DNA of 64,000 nt from Lingula anatina (lineage: Eukaryota; Animalia; Brachiopoda): the NCBI GenBank assembly GCA_051362555.1, contig CM120647.1, positions 11,694,651 through 11,758,650 of the forward strand, read 5' to 3'. The notes beneath the pieces were generated by a model. It was not told the DNA's origin and did not search any database. It worked only from the letters and a program-made list of their open reading frames with translations. The position numbers were made by a program, and so were the translations under genes. Each line of letters starts with the position of its first letter. Position 1 is the first letter of the stretch. Shown here piece by piece: positions 40,061 through 53,119 of the stretch.

Positions 40061-40146
40061 CACGGTAGCTACTGTGACTCGAACCAGCGTCCGAACGTCT
40101 GCCTGTATGCAAGACAGCAGAGTTACCACGCAGCCACGACAGCTCC
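40061..40146 (-). promoter_or_regulatory. tRNA-derived Pol III type-2 promoter cassette in each array unit (also 41419, 42820, 44178, 50551, 51947, 62662)
   Basis: Minus strand: A-box-like TGGCTGCGTGG, stem-loop CTGT-CTTGCAT-ACAG, B-box GGTTCGAGTC, then TTTT at 40054-40051. There is no canonical acceptor stem. Confidence 0.55.
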
Positions 40147-43100
40147 GTTGATACCGAGTGATCAGATGGAAACTTTCAACCTCCTCACGGAGAGCGCCAG
40201 ATTGGGTGTGCATGTGCAGACCTGCTGGCGCAATCGATAATTCGGGTGCCGCATTTCAGCCCACGCAACCCCAGCCCCCGACATGAACGGTAAAGTTCAT
40301 GATGTACACGAAGTCGTGTTTGACAACACGACTCGGAGCTCGGACTTTGTTTTATACTGACATTGATTTTGGCCTTGCCCATAATATTAAAGAATACAAT
40401 GGGATCAGAGGCGGTTCACAGCAGGCGGGTTTTACTTTTAGCAAGACCATAAGAGGAGAAAAGAAATTTAAAAAATATATATATAATTTCAAGTATTTAA
40501 TTATTGGTGCGATTACAGCCACAGGAATTTTGAGGAAAACATTTTTGGCAAATAAATCCGCCGAGAAGATTTTTTTTCTACCGAACACGGTTAACAGGTG
40601 CTATACCGGAAAAGCTACAGAATCAAAACAAGTTGGATCGTATTCATTGATAGGCCCTGCTCTGTACGTTCTTAGTAAGATGACTTCGAATGCTTTTATT
40701 TTCATTTGGTTTTGCATTGAGATAACGTTTGGTTTCACCTTTGACGTTGTAGAGCACGATGACGATCACAGCTGTTCACACCCCGGCAGTTTTAGCATTG
40801 AGTAGTCTTTGCTCTTTCCAATGTCGACTGCGGACTTGCCCCGGGTACTGAATGAACATATGAACAGTCTTGAGAAGCAAGAGCCCAAGATAGGAAAGGA
40901 GGGGCATAAAAAGACAAAACGTGTACCTGATAAAAGGAGTAGAGGTGGCGCGACTTTTGTAAAAAAAATCAAAAGTTTTCTCTCTGCTAATCCCACCAAA
41001 AAGATGGCACATTTTGATGTAATGCAATCCATACGGAGTTAGTTATAGCTCAATTTAAATTCAAGATCTGTGGCACCAATAGAAGGAGTTTTAACTGAAG
41101 AGCAAGGAAATATAACTGTCGACGCAGATGTAAACTTTCTAAAGTGTACCGTATTATTATGCAAAAGGTAATTTGCAAAGTCCCACGGGCGCCCTCATTC
41201 GTTCTCGTCTCGTGACATCCCGATTCAGGGGCCAGGTCGTTGTCGTGATTGACTGACATGCCTCATCCGGGACGCGAACCCGTGACTTTGCGTTACCAAG
41301 GTTGATGATGGTTTGGATGTCTCATTTGCATCCATCCACGCTACCGACTGCGCCGAGTTTCCTCTTATAGTAATCAATCGCAATTTTTAAAAAATTAATT
41401 CTGGCAAGAAAAGAATGACATGGTAGCTACTGTGACTCGAACCAGCGTCCGAGCGTCTGCCTGTATGCAAGACAGCAGTGTTACCACGCAGCCACGACAG
41501 CTCCGTTGATACCGAGTGATCAGATGGATACTTTCAACCTCCTCACGGAGAGCGCCAGATTGGGTGTGCATGTGCAGACCTGCTGGCGCAATCGATAATT
41601 CGGGTGCCGCATTTCAGCCCACGCAACCCCAGCCCCCGACATGAACGGTAAAGTTCATGATGTACACGAAGTCGTGTTTGACAACACGACTCGGAGCTAG
41701 GACTTTGTTTTATACTGACATTGATTTTGGCCTTGCCCATGATATTAAAGAATACAATGGGATCAGAGGCGGTTCACAGCAGGCGGGTTTTACTTTTAGC
41801 AAGACCATAAGAGGAGAAAAGAAATTTAAAAAATATATATATACTTTCAAGTATTTAATTATTGGTGCGATTACAGCCACAGGAATTTTGAGGAAAACAA
41901 ATTTGGCAAATAAATCCGCCGAGGAGATTTTTTTTTCTACCGAACACGGTTAACAGGTGCTATGACGTGCTGTTATACCGGAAAAGCTACAGAATCAAAA
42001 CAAGTTGGATCGTATTCATTGATAGGCCCTGCTCTGTACGTTCTTAGTAAGATGACTTCGAATGCTTTTATTTTCATTTGGTTTTGCATTGAGATAACGT
42101 TTGGTTTCACCTTTGACGTTGTAGAGCACAATGACGATCACAGCTGTTCACACCCCGGCAGTTTTAGCATTGAGTAGTCTTTGCTCTTTCCAATGTCGAC
42201 TGCGGACTTGCCCCGGGTACTGAATGAACATATGAACAGTCTTGAGAAGCAAGAGCCCAAGATAGGAAAGGAGGGGCATAAAAAGACAAAACGTGTACCT
42301 GATAAAAGGAGTAGAGGTGGCGCGACTTTGGTAAAAAAAAAACAAAAGTTTTCTCTCTGCTAATCCCACCAAAAAGATGGCACATTTTGATGTAATGCAA
42401 TCCATACGGAGTTAGTTATAGCTCAATTTAAATTCAAGATCTGTGGCACCAATAGAAGGAGTTTTAACTGAAGAGAAAGGAAATATAATTGTCGACGCAG
42501 ATGTAAACTTTCTAAAGTGTACCTTGCATAAGCAAAAGGTAATTTGCAAAGTCCCACGGGCGCCCTCATTCGTTCTCGTCTCGTGACATCCCGATTCAGG
42601 GGCCAGGTCGTTGTCGTGATTGACTGACATGCCTCATCCGGGACGCGAACCCGTGACTTTGCGTTACCAAGGTTGATGACGCTTTGGATGTCTCATTTGC
42701 ATCCATCCACGCTACCGACTGCGCCGTGACTGACCCGCCCACCCTCCATACGTGCGAGTTTCCTCTTATAGTAATCAATCGCAATTTTTAAAAAATTAAT
42801 TCTGGCAAGAAAAGAATGACACGGTAGCTACTGTGACTCGAACCAGCGTCCGAGCGTCTGCCTGTATGCAAGACAGCAGAGTTACCACGCAGCCACGACA
42901 GCTCCGTTGATACCGAGTGATCAGATGGAAACTTTCAACCTCCTCACGGAGAGCGCCAGATTGGGTGTGCATGTGCAGACCTGCTGGCGCAATCGATAAT
43001 TCGGGTGCCGCATTTCAGCCCACGCAACCCCAGCCCCCGACATGAACGGTAAAGTTCATGATGTACACGAAGTCGTGTTTGACAACACGACTCGGAGCTC

Positions 43101-45351
43101 GGACTTTGTTTTATACTGACATTGATTTTGGCCTTGCCCATAATATTAAAGAATACAATGGGATCAGAGGCGGTTCACAGCAGGCGGGTTTTACTTTTAG
43201 CAAGACCATAAGAGGAGAAAAGAAATTTAAAAAATATATATATAATTTCAAGTATTTAATTATTGGTGCGATTACAGCCACAGGAATTTTGAGGAAAACA
43301 TTTTTGGCAAATAAATCCGCCGAGAAGATTTTTTTTCTACCGAACACGGTTAACAGGTGCTATACCGGAAAAGCTACAGAATCAAAACAAGTTGGATCGT
43401 ATTCATTGATAGGCCCTGCTCTGTACGTTCTTAGTAAGATGACTTCGAATGCTTTTATTTTCATTTGGTTTTGCATTGAGATAACGTTTGGTTTCACCTT
43501 TGACGTTGTAGAGCACGATGACGATCACAGCTGTTCACACCCCGGCAGTTTTAGCATTGAGTAGTCTTTGCTCTTTCCAATGTCGACTGCGGACTTGCCC
43601 CGGGTACTGAATGAACATATGAACAGTCTTGAGAAGCAAGAGCCCAAGATAGGAAAGGAGGGGCATAAAAAGACAAAACGTGTACCTGATAAAAGGAGTA
43701 GAGGTGGCGCGACTTTTGTAAAAAAAATCAAAAGTTTTCTCTCTGCTAATCCCACCAAAAAGATGGCACATTTTGATGTAATGCAATCCATACGGAGTTA
43801 GTTATAGCTCAATTTAAATTCAAGATCTGTGGCACCAATAGAAGGAGTTTTAACTGAAGAGCAAGGAAATATAACTGTCGACGCAGATGTAAACTTTCTA
43901 AAGTGTACCGTATTATTATGCAAAAGGTAATTTGCAAAGTCCCACGGGCGCCCTCATTCGTTCTCGTCTCGTGACATCCCGATTCAGGGGCCAGGTCGTT
44001 GTCGTGATTGACTGACATGCCTCATCCGGGACGCGAACCCGTGACTTTGCGTTACCAAGGTTGATGATGGTTTGGATGTCTCATTTGCATCCATCCACGC
44101 TACCGACTGCGCCGAGTTTCCTCTTATAGTAATCAATCGCAATTTTTAAAAAATTAATTCTGGCAAGAAAAGAATGACATGGTAGCTACTGTGACTCGAA
44201 CCAGCGTCCGAGCGTCTGCCTGTATGCAAGACAGCAGTGTTACCACGCAGCCACGACAGCTCCGTTGATACCGAGTGATCAGATGGATACTTTCAACCTC
44301 CTCACGGAGAGCGCCAGATTGGGTGTGCATGTGCAGACCTGCTGGCGCAATCGATAATTCGGGTGCCGCATTTCAGCCCACGCAACCCCAGCCCCCGACA
44401 TGAACGGTAAAGTTCATGATGTACACGAAGTCGTGTTTGACAACACGACTCGGAGCTAGGACTTTGTTTTATACTGACATTGATTTTGGCCTTGCCCATG
44501 ATATTAAAGAATACAATGGGATCAGAGGCGGTTCACAGCAGGCGGGTTTTACTTTTAGCAAGACCATAAGAGGAGAAAAGAAATTTAAAAAATATATATA
44601 TACTTTCAAGTATTTAATTATTGGTGCGATTACAGCCACAGGAATTTTGAGGAAAACATTTTTGGCAAATAAATCCGCCGAGAAGATTTTTTTTCTACCG
44701 AACACGGTTAACAGGTGCTATACCGGAAAAGCTACAGAATCAAAACAAGTTGGATCGTATTCATTGATAGGCCCTGCTCTGTACGTTCTTAGTAAGATGA
44801 CTTCGAATGCTTTTATTTTCATTTGGTTTTGCATTGAGATAACGTTTGGTTTCACCTTTGACGTTGTAGAGCACGATGACGATCACAGCTGTTCACACCC
44901 CGGCAGTTTTAGCATTGAGTAGTCTTTGCTCTTTCCAATGTCGACTGCGGACTTGCCCCGGGTACTGAATGAACATATGAACAGTCTTGAGAAGCAAGAG
45001 CCCAAGATAGGAAAGGAGGGGCATAAAAAGACAAAACGTGTACCTGATAAAAGGAGTAGAGGTGGCGCGACTTTGGTAAAAAAAAAACAAAAGTTTTCTC
45101 TCTGCTAATCCCACCAAAAAGATGGCACATTTTGATGTAATGCAATCCATACGGAGTTAGTTATAGCTCAATTTAAATTCAAGATCTGTGGCACCAATAG
45201 AAGGAGTTTTAACTGAAGAGAAAGGAAATATAATTGTCGACGCAGATGTAAACTTTCTAAAGTGTACCTTGCATAAGCAAAAGGTAATTTGCAAAGTCCC
45301 ACGGGCGCCCTCATTCGTTCTCGTCTCGTGACATCCCGATTCAGGGGCCAG

Positions 45352-48300
45352 GGGCCGTATTCTCGAAAGGTTGTAACTTACAAATTCTTGTAACTTTTCA
45401 CGTAAGTCCGATCGTTCACGTAAGTTGGTATTCTCGAAGGTTTGTAAGTTACAAACTCTTGTAAATATGCACGTAAATCTACAACTGCCTCCGACCTGTT
45501 GTAAGTCGCTCCGAAAAGTTGTACGCATGCGCATTTGGTGAAAAGTCGGGGAGAAAGTGTTGTCTGCTGAAATTTTATACTCGTGTTTATTGTTGGATAT
45601 TTTTGACAGCAAGTAAAATTATTAAACCTTGGATGTATTATTATCAGCGAGATAGGTTAGCCTTTCGGATATTTCAGGTTAGTTGCCTACAGTTAACGAT
45701 TTAGATGAGAATAATACTTTTCTGTCGATCGCGCAATGGCAACATGGCAGTTTGGCAGGGTGTCCGAATTTTTAAATTAAAACGAAAACTTATATTTTTT
45801 AAAGAAAGAAGAAGAACTATTAATGCTGCAAGAAAGCCAAGTTAATGAGCTTTTTGGCGATATAAAGCACTTTATTTGTTACTCAAAATTAATAAATTGA
45901 TCCGCGGCTGAATTTCAGATTTTGAATCTTCCGACTTTTTTAGGATGAAGATACATGTTTAGTCAGTGAATTAATTAAAATTATACCAAAACACCAAGTT
46001 TAATAGATGTGGTTTTGTTCGGAAGAAAATTGGCTTTCAACTGATGTATAAAGTTTGATGTTATCATGTTGTTTTCCAAAAATCCTGTGGTGTTTTTTCG
46101 TGAAGGTGTATCTAAAAATCGCCATTTTTATCGGCATTTCTATGACTCAGGTTCTTATGCCTCCTTTCCATACATGTGCTGGAGAAAATATATGTGTCGT
46201 ACAAAACTAAAAAGCCCGTTTCAAATGCTTTAAAATGATATGCTATACACTATGTATCAAAAAAGTATCGAGAACATGCCAAAGGAATAAAGGCGTGTAG
46301 AAAAAAAATTGCAAATGTTGACCCCCTTTCCGGCGACGTGGTGACCTCGATCAGCTGATGGCTATATTTGGAACTGTATATAATTTTCATTAAAAGTATT
46401 CTATAGACTACAGGGAGTTGTAAATAATAATGGAATGGCAACATTCAGTGACGATTATAACTACTTATCATCTTCTATCGAATAATTGTAGGCATTCAAC
46501 CAGTATTTTAGCTTATTTTATAGACTAGGTTTATCAAGTTCAATGAAGGAAATTCCAATTCAAATAATGAGGTATTCATCATTGAAGGAAAAAGAATGAC
46601 TAAAACTATTTGAAATACCCAAATAGACTTCCTATTTATGCGTGGTCTTGTAACAGGTTGTACATGTACATTTAGGCATTTTTTATAGTATTTATAATAT
46701 TTTTACAAGTTACATAACATTATCCTCATTACAAAGTTCCAGATTAAATTCTTATTTAGATTAAACCGACACTTGATTTGGTTGCACTCTGTCATGAAAA
46801 TTACAGCTTTTTTTTCTTCTGTTTCATTTTGAATTTGATTTTGCACTGCAAAATATATTTCTTTAATTTATTTAGTACTATCTGTTTGGTCCACTCTAAG
46901 GCTGAGTCGAAATAAACCAGAATACACCCTAATTAAATCTTTTTCTCAGAGGAATCACTGTATTTCATTATTAGACTTCTTCATGAACTAAAAATTTTCA
47001 ATTTTCTTATGATAATAATGAATGTACAACGATTTATTTATTTCATCTCAATAAAAACAATAATAATAACTTCTTGGAAATTTTGATGGCTTTTAAGTGT
47101 TGTTGTGGTGACCTTGTTCAGCTGATGCCTGCATTTGAAAGTATATTTGATTTCTTCATTTTGATGGGGAAAGGGGACTGATAAAAGTGGAAATTCAGTG
47201 ATATTTCTTACTACGTAAGTTATGTTTTTGGAAGATTTCTGCTATTAAAACACTTTTTAGCTTATTTTAAAAGGTAAATTAAGTAATTTTGTAATTAGAA
47301 TAGTGAATTCAACTTGGGAATTTGCTTCAGCTGTAACTAGTGTACTGTAGTTTGTAGCAAAACAGATTTTACATGTTAAAAGAATTTAAGACCAATAATA
47401 AGTCAGTTAAACTTATTTATTTATGTTAGGTGTTGAAACATTTAAAAAAACTAGTTAAATTATATGTCCAAATAGGGTGATCTCCCTTTCTGTATATTAC
47501 TGTGAACATCCAGGTAAAAAAAAAAAATTCAACGGCTATTGATCTTGTATGTAGGGCCTACATGTGTTTAAAATATTTGCAAATACTTTGATAGGTTTAA
47601 TGAATAAATTACACATTTATTAATTGCATGGGCCGAATGGAAATGATACTCATTAATTTAAACTGCAAATGTGTAAAGAAAAAAAACAATACATATACTT
47701 ATTCCAAGCTCGGAACTCTCCTCTCTTATGAGGCGAGAAAATATATAATGGGCCAAGTGCCCTCAAAAAAAGGTCAATAATTCTTATAGATCACAATAAA
47801 TGAAATGATGTGTGTTTTGACAGTCTATGTATTCGTCCTTAAAGGTTATTTCAAGGGACACATTTATCTTTTAGAGTATCTTTTCATGTTTTACTCTTTA
47901 TTTTTATGTAGGTCAAAGTGGGGATTCCTGGCGGGATTCCCTGAGCGGGAATTCCCCCTTAAAGCGCTTCGACATGGGTGGAAAACCCCCCAAATTTGAT
48001 TGAAATTGAAAATTAAAGATCGATAACAACTCATTGAATTATGTTGGAAAACACTTCAACTACTAAAATCAACGAACTGTTGTTGGTGTCACAGTGTTAA
48101 ATAAATTTTTTTTTGGAAAAACAAATGGTCAAATAGTGTCAAAAAATAATGTAAATATTACCCAATCAAGAGCCGATCAGTCATAGGGAAGATCAATATT
48201 GATTGGTGCCGATAATTTCCCGGGTATCTATGGGTATATAAACGAGCAGACGCCAAAAATCACTCATTGCAGCTATATTTCTCGTGAGAGATGGCAGCTT

Positions 48301-49052
48301 ATCTTTTTTTCGATGTTGAAAAAGTCCAGGCACCCCGCGTGTACAGGAAGAGGATTGACCAGCTTGGCCGATTCACGGATGCTGAAACGGTATCCAGGTA
48401 TCGGCTAAGCAAGGAAGAGATCCGGAGGCTGGTGAGGGTGTTAGAGCCGGCGCTTGTTAGATCCACCAACAGGTCGCACGCTCTGACCCCAACCCAGCAG
48501 GTGCTGGTGGCTCTGAGGTTCCTCGCGACTGGGAGTTTTCAGTCAGTCGTAGGGGACATTCATGGTGTCAGCCAACCCTCAGCCTCAAGGGCAATCCGTG
48601 CGGTGGTGGAAGCCATTTGTGCTTCTGACGACCACTCTCTGTCTGTTCACTTTCCAAGTGAACAGGCCGAGGTGCGCAGAACACAAAATGAATTCCATTC
48701 CATCGCCGGATTCCCGCGAGTGCTGGGGTGTGTGGATGGCACCATGATTGCCATTAAATCCCCTACGGCTGACGTTGAAAACGCCTACGTCTGCCGCAAA
48801 GGCTTCCATGCCATAAATGTCCAGGCTATCTGTAATGCTCAACTTATGTAAGTACATATTTTTCTCTTATCATTTATTTTTAACAGTCCAAGGCCAATAT
48901 ATATAATTATATATCTGTCATGATATCGTCAAAATGTAAACACACGTAATTGGGTCACGTGTAGCAATCACAACTACTGCAATTGTGTTGGTTGTTCCTT
49001 CCAGTCAGGTTTATTGAATAATGGTTGAGAAAAAAGGAAAAACTTCCATTTC

Positions 49053-49108
<56 letters not shown>

Positions 49109-50334
49109 CCAAATTGACAGTAGAAATCATTTTAATTTTCAATATTTTTTTTACGCTTTGAAATATACAGCAATTTAAATTAATTAAATACCATTGTAAA
49201 ATATTATTTCATTAAAATCAGATTTTGTTTATTTTATTTATTAATTTTTTTTTAAAGATTTACTGATGTAGTGTGCAGATGGCCGGGGAGCACCCACGAC
49301 AGCTTCATCTTTACCAACAGTGGGATTGGCCAGCATTTTGAAGGTATGGACGCAGAGGATATTCCAGGATTCCTCCTGGGGGATTCTGGTTATCCTCTGC
49401 GCCCATATCTCATGACTCCCAAAGCCAACCCTCTAACAGGCCCTGAAACTAGATACAACAGGGCACATATTTCAACAAGAAACAGCATCGAGAGGGCCCT
49501 TGGTGTTTTAAAGAGCAGGTGGAGGTAATTATTATTTTTAAATACTTTTATATCATAAACTTGCAAAACATATGTATATTTTTTCCAAATAACTTTTCTG
49601 GCATCAGCATTTGCTTTCTGGATTAAGCAAATTTCTTGTTTTATTTTTCCAGGTGTCTGGACAGATCAGGGGGCAGCCTACAGTACTACCCAGATGTGGC
49701 CAGTAACATCATCATGGCCTGTTTCAGGTTGCATAACCTGTGCATTCGTGCTGGACTCCCATTACCAGGGGATGTCCAGCAGTTGGAGCCTGATGAGCTG
49801 CTCCCCCTCCTTGGCAATGACCGTCCAGATGGGTTCAGAGCCAGGGAGCAACTCATCATGCACAAGTTTTCATAATTTTTTTTGGTATGGGCATAGGGCA
49901 CCGTCCTATTCCCAGGCCCTTTTCAGGGCCACCCTCATTTTCACAGAAGAGCTAATACAATAATGTTATGCATTTTTTATTTTTTTGCAGAAGTTAATAT
50001 GGCATTACTAAATTGCATATTTAAACTCAAACCAAATAATTCTCTAATAATAATAGTAATAATGATAATAAGGTTTATATCCAGAGCCAAGTGACGAATA
50101 AAACATTTTTGACTTGTTTCATGCATTTATTCATGATAGTTTGAGGCTGGAATAAAGGAATGGCTCGTCATTATTCAGGTCAAACGTCACTTCCGGAAAG
50201 TTACGTGAAAAGTTACAAGAGTTTGTAAGTCCGAGACTTACAAGAGTTTTGAGAATACCGTGTAAGTCAAAGTTACAAATTCACGTAAATAGTTACAAAT
50301 TGTTGTAAGTTACAAAGTTTTGAGAATACGGCCC
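45352..50334 (+). mobile_element. PIF/Harbinger DNA transposon, 4983 bp
   Basis: TIRs GGGCCGTATTCTC / GAGAATACGGCCC, CAG TSD (45349-45351, 50335-50337) confirmed against empty sites in sister units, reiterated subterminal GTAA(G/C)TTACAA motifs, internal transposase gene. Confidence 0.95.
48291..49875 (+). CDS. Harbinger (HARBI1-like, DDE_Tnp_4) transposase, ~348 aa, 3 exons
   Basis: Exons 48291-48847, 49258-49524 and 49653-49875 are in phase. Motifs ALRFLATG, GFPRVLGCVDGT, RKGFHAINVQ, WPGSTHDS, LLGDSGYP, IERALGVLKSRWRCL and LHN; the DDE triad is intact. Confidence 0.93.
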
Positions 50335-53119
50335 CAGGTCGTTGTCGTGATTGACTGACATGCCTCATCCGGGACGCGAACCCGTGACTTTGCGTTACCA
50401 AGGTTGATGACGCTTTGGATGTCTCATTTGCATCCATCCACGCTACCGACTGCGCCGTGACTGACCCGCCCACCCTCCATACGTGCGAGTTTCCTCTTAT
50501 AGTAATCAATCGCAATTTTTAAAAAATTAATTCTGGCAAGAAAAGAATGACACGGTAGCTACTGTGACTCGAACCAGCGTCCGAGCGTCTGCCTGTATGC
50601 AAGACAGCAGAGTTACCACGCAGCCACGACAGCTCCGTTGATACCGAGTGATCAGATGGAAACTTTCAACCTCCTCACGGAGAGCGCCAGATTGGGTGTG
50701 CATGTGCAGACCTGCTGGCGCAATCGATAATTCGGGGGCCGCATTTCAGCCCACGCAACCCCAGCCCCCGACATGAACGGTAAAGTTCATGATGTACACG
50801 CAGTCGTGTTTGACAACACGACTCGGAGCTCGGACTTTGTTTTATACTGACATTGATTTTGGCCTTGCCCATAATATTAAAGAATACAATGGGATCAGAG
50901 GCGGTTCACAGCAGGCGGGTTTTACTTTTAGCAAGACCATAAGAGGAGAAAAGAAATTTAAAAAATATATATATATACTTTCAAGTATTTAATTATTGGT
51001 GCGATTACAGCCACAGGAATTTTGAGGAAAACATTTTTGGCAAATAAATCCGCCGAGAAGATTTTTTTTCTACCGAACACGGTTAACAGGTGCTATACCG
51101 GAAAAGCTACAGAATCAAAACAAGTTGGATCGTATTCATTGATAGGCCCTGCTCTGTACGTTCTTAGTAAGATGACTTCGAATGCTTTTATTTTCATTTG
51201 GTTTTGCATTGAGATAACGTTTGGTTTCACCTTTGACGTTGTAGAGCACGATGACGATCACAGCTGTTCACACCCCGGCAGTTTTAGCATTGAGTAGTCT
51301 TTGCTCTTTCCAATGTCGACTGCGGACTTGCCCCGGGTACTGAATGAACATACATGTATGAACAGTCTTGAGAAGCAAGAGCCCAAGATAGGAAAGGAGG
51401 GGCATAAAAAGACAAAACGTGTACCTGATAAAAGGAGTAGAGGTGGCGCGACTTTTGTAAAAAAAATCAAAAGTTTTCTCTCTGCTAATCCCACCAAAAA
51501 GATGGCACATTTTGATGTAATGCAATCCATACGGAGTTAGTTATAGCTCAATTTAAATTCAAGATCTGTGGCACCAATAGAAGGAGTTTTAACTGAAGAG
51601 CAAGGAAATATAACTGTCGACGCAGATGTAAACTTTCTAAAGTGTACCGTATTATTATGCAAAAGGTAATTTGCAAAGTCCCACGGGCGCCCTCATTCGT
51701 TCTCGTCTCGTGACATCCCGATTCAGGGGCCAGGTCGTTGTCGTGATTGACTGACATGCCTAATCCGGGACGCGAACCCGTGACTTTGCGTTACCAAGGT
51801 TGATGACGCTTTGGATGTCTCATTTGCATCCATCCACGCTACCGACTGCGCCGTGACTGACCCGCCCACCCTCCATACGTGCGAGTTTCCTCTTATAGTA
51901 ATCAATCGCAATTTTTAAAAAATTAATTCTGGCAAGAAAAGAATGACATGGTAGCTACTGTGACTCGAACCAGCGTCCGAGCGTCTGCCTGTATGCAAGA
52001 CAGCAGAGTTACCACGCAGCCACGACAGCTCCGTTGATACCGAGTGATCAGATGGAAACTTTCAACCTCCTCACGGAGAGCGCCAGATTGGGTGTGCATG
52101 TGCAGACCTGCTGGCGCAATCGATAATACGGGTGCCGCATTTCAGCCCACGCAACCCCAGCCCCCGACATGAACGGTAAAGTTCATGATGTATAACGAAG
52201 TCGTGTTTGACAACACGACTCGGAGCTCGGACTTTGTTTTATACTGATATTGATTTTGGCCTTGCCCATGATATTAAAGAATACAATGGGATCAGAGGCG
52301 GTTCACAGCAGGCGGGTTTTACTTTTAGCAAGACCATAAGAGGAGAAAAGGAATTAAAATATATATATATATATATATAATTTCAAGTATTTAATTATTG
52401 GTGCGTTTACAGCCACAGGAATTTTGAGGAAAACATATTTGGCAAATAAATCCGCCGAGGAGATTTTTTTTTCTACCGAACACGGTTAACAGGTGCTATA
52501 CCGGAAAAGCTACAGAATCAAAACAAGTTGGATCGTATTCATTGATAGGCCCTGCTCTGTACGTTCTTAGTAAGATGACTTCGAATGCTTTTATTTTCAT
52601 TTGGTTTTGCATTGAGATAACGTTTGGTTTCACCTTTGACGTTGTAGAGCACGATGACGATCACAGCTGTTCACACCCCGGCAGTTTTAGCATTGAGTAG
52701 TCTTTGCTCTTTCCAGTGTCGACTGCGGACTTGCCCCGGGTACTGAATGAACATATGAACAGTCTTAAGAAGCAAGAGCCCAAGATAGGAAAGGAAGGGC
52801 ATAAAAAGGCAAAACGTGTACCTGATAAAAGGAGTAGAGGTGGCGCGACTTTTGTAAAAAAAAATCAAAAGTTTTCTCTCTGCTAATCCCACCAAAAAGA
52901 TGGCACATTTTGATGAAATGCAATCCATACGGAGTTAGTTATAGCTCAATTTAAATTCAAGATCTGTGGCACCAATAGAAGGAGTTTTAACTGAAGAGAA
53001 AGGAAATATAATAACGACGAGCGCGCTATACGTCACATGCAGTACGGTACTGCGCATGCGCTAAGATTTTACCCTTGGAGGGGCAACAAGCGGACATTTT
53101 GTTTAGAAGCAGTGTGAAA

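Noticed and set aside
40061-40146. Functional tRNA-Ala(TGC) gene
   Set aside because: The acceptor and T stems do not pair canonically; retained only as a tRNA-derived cassette.
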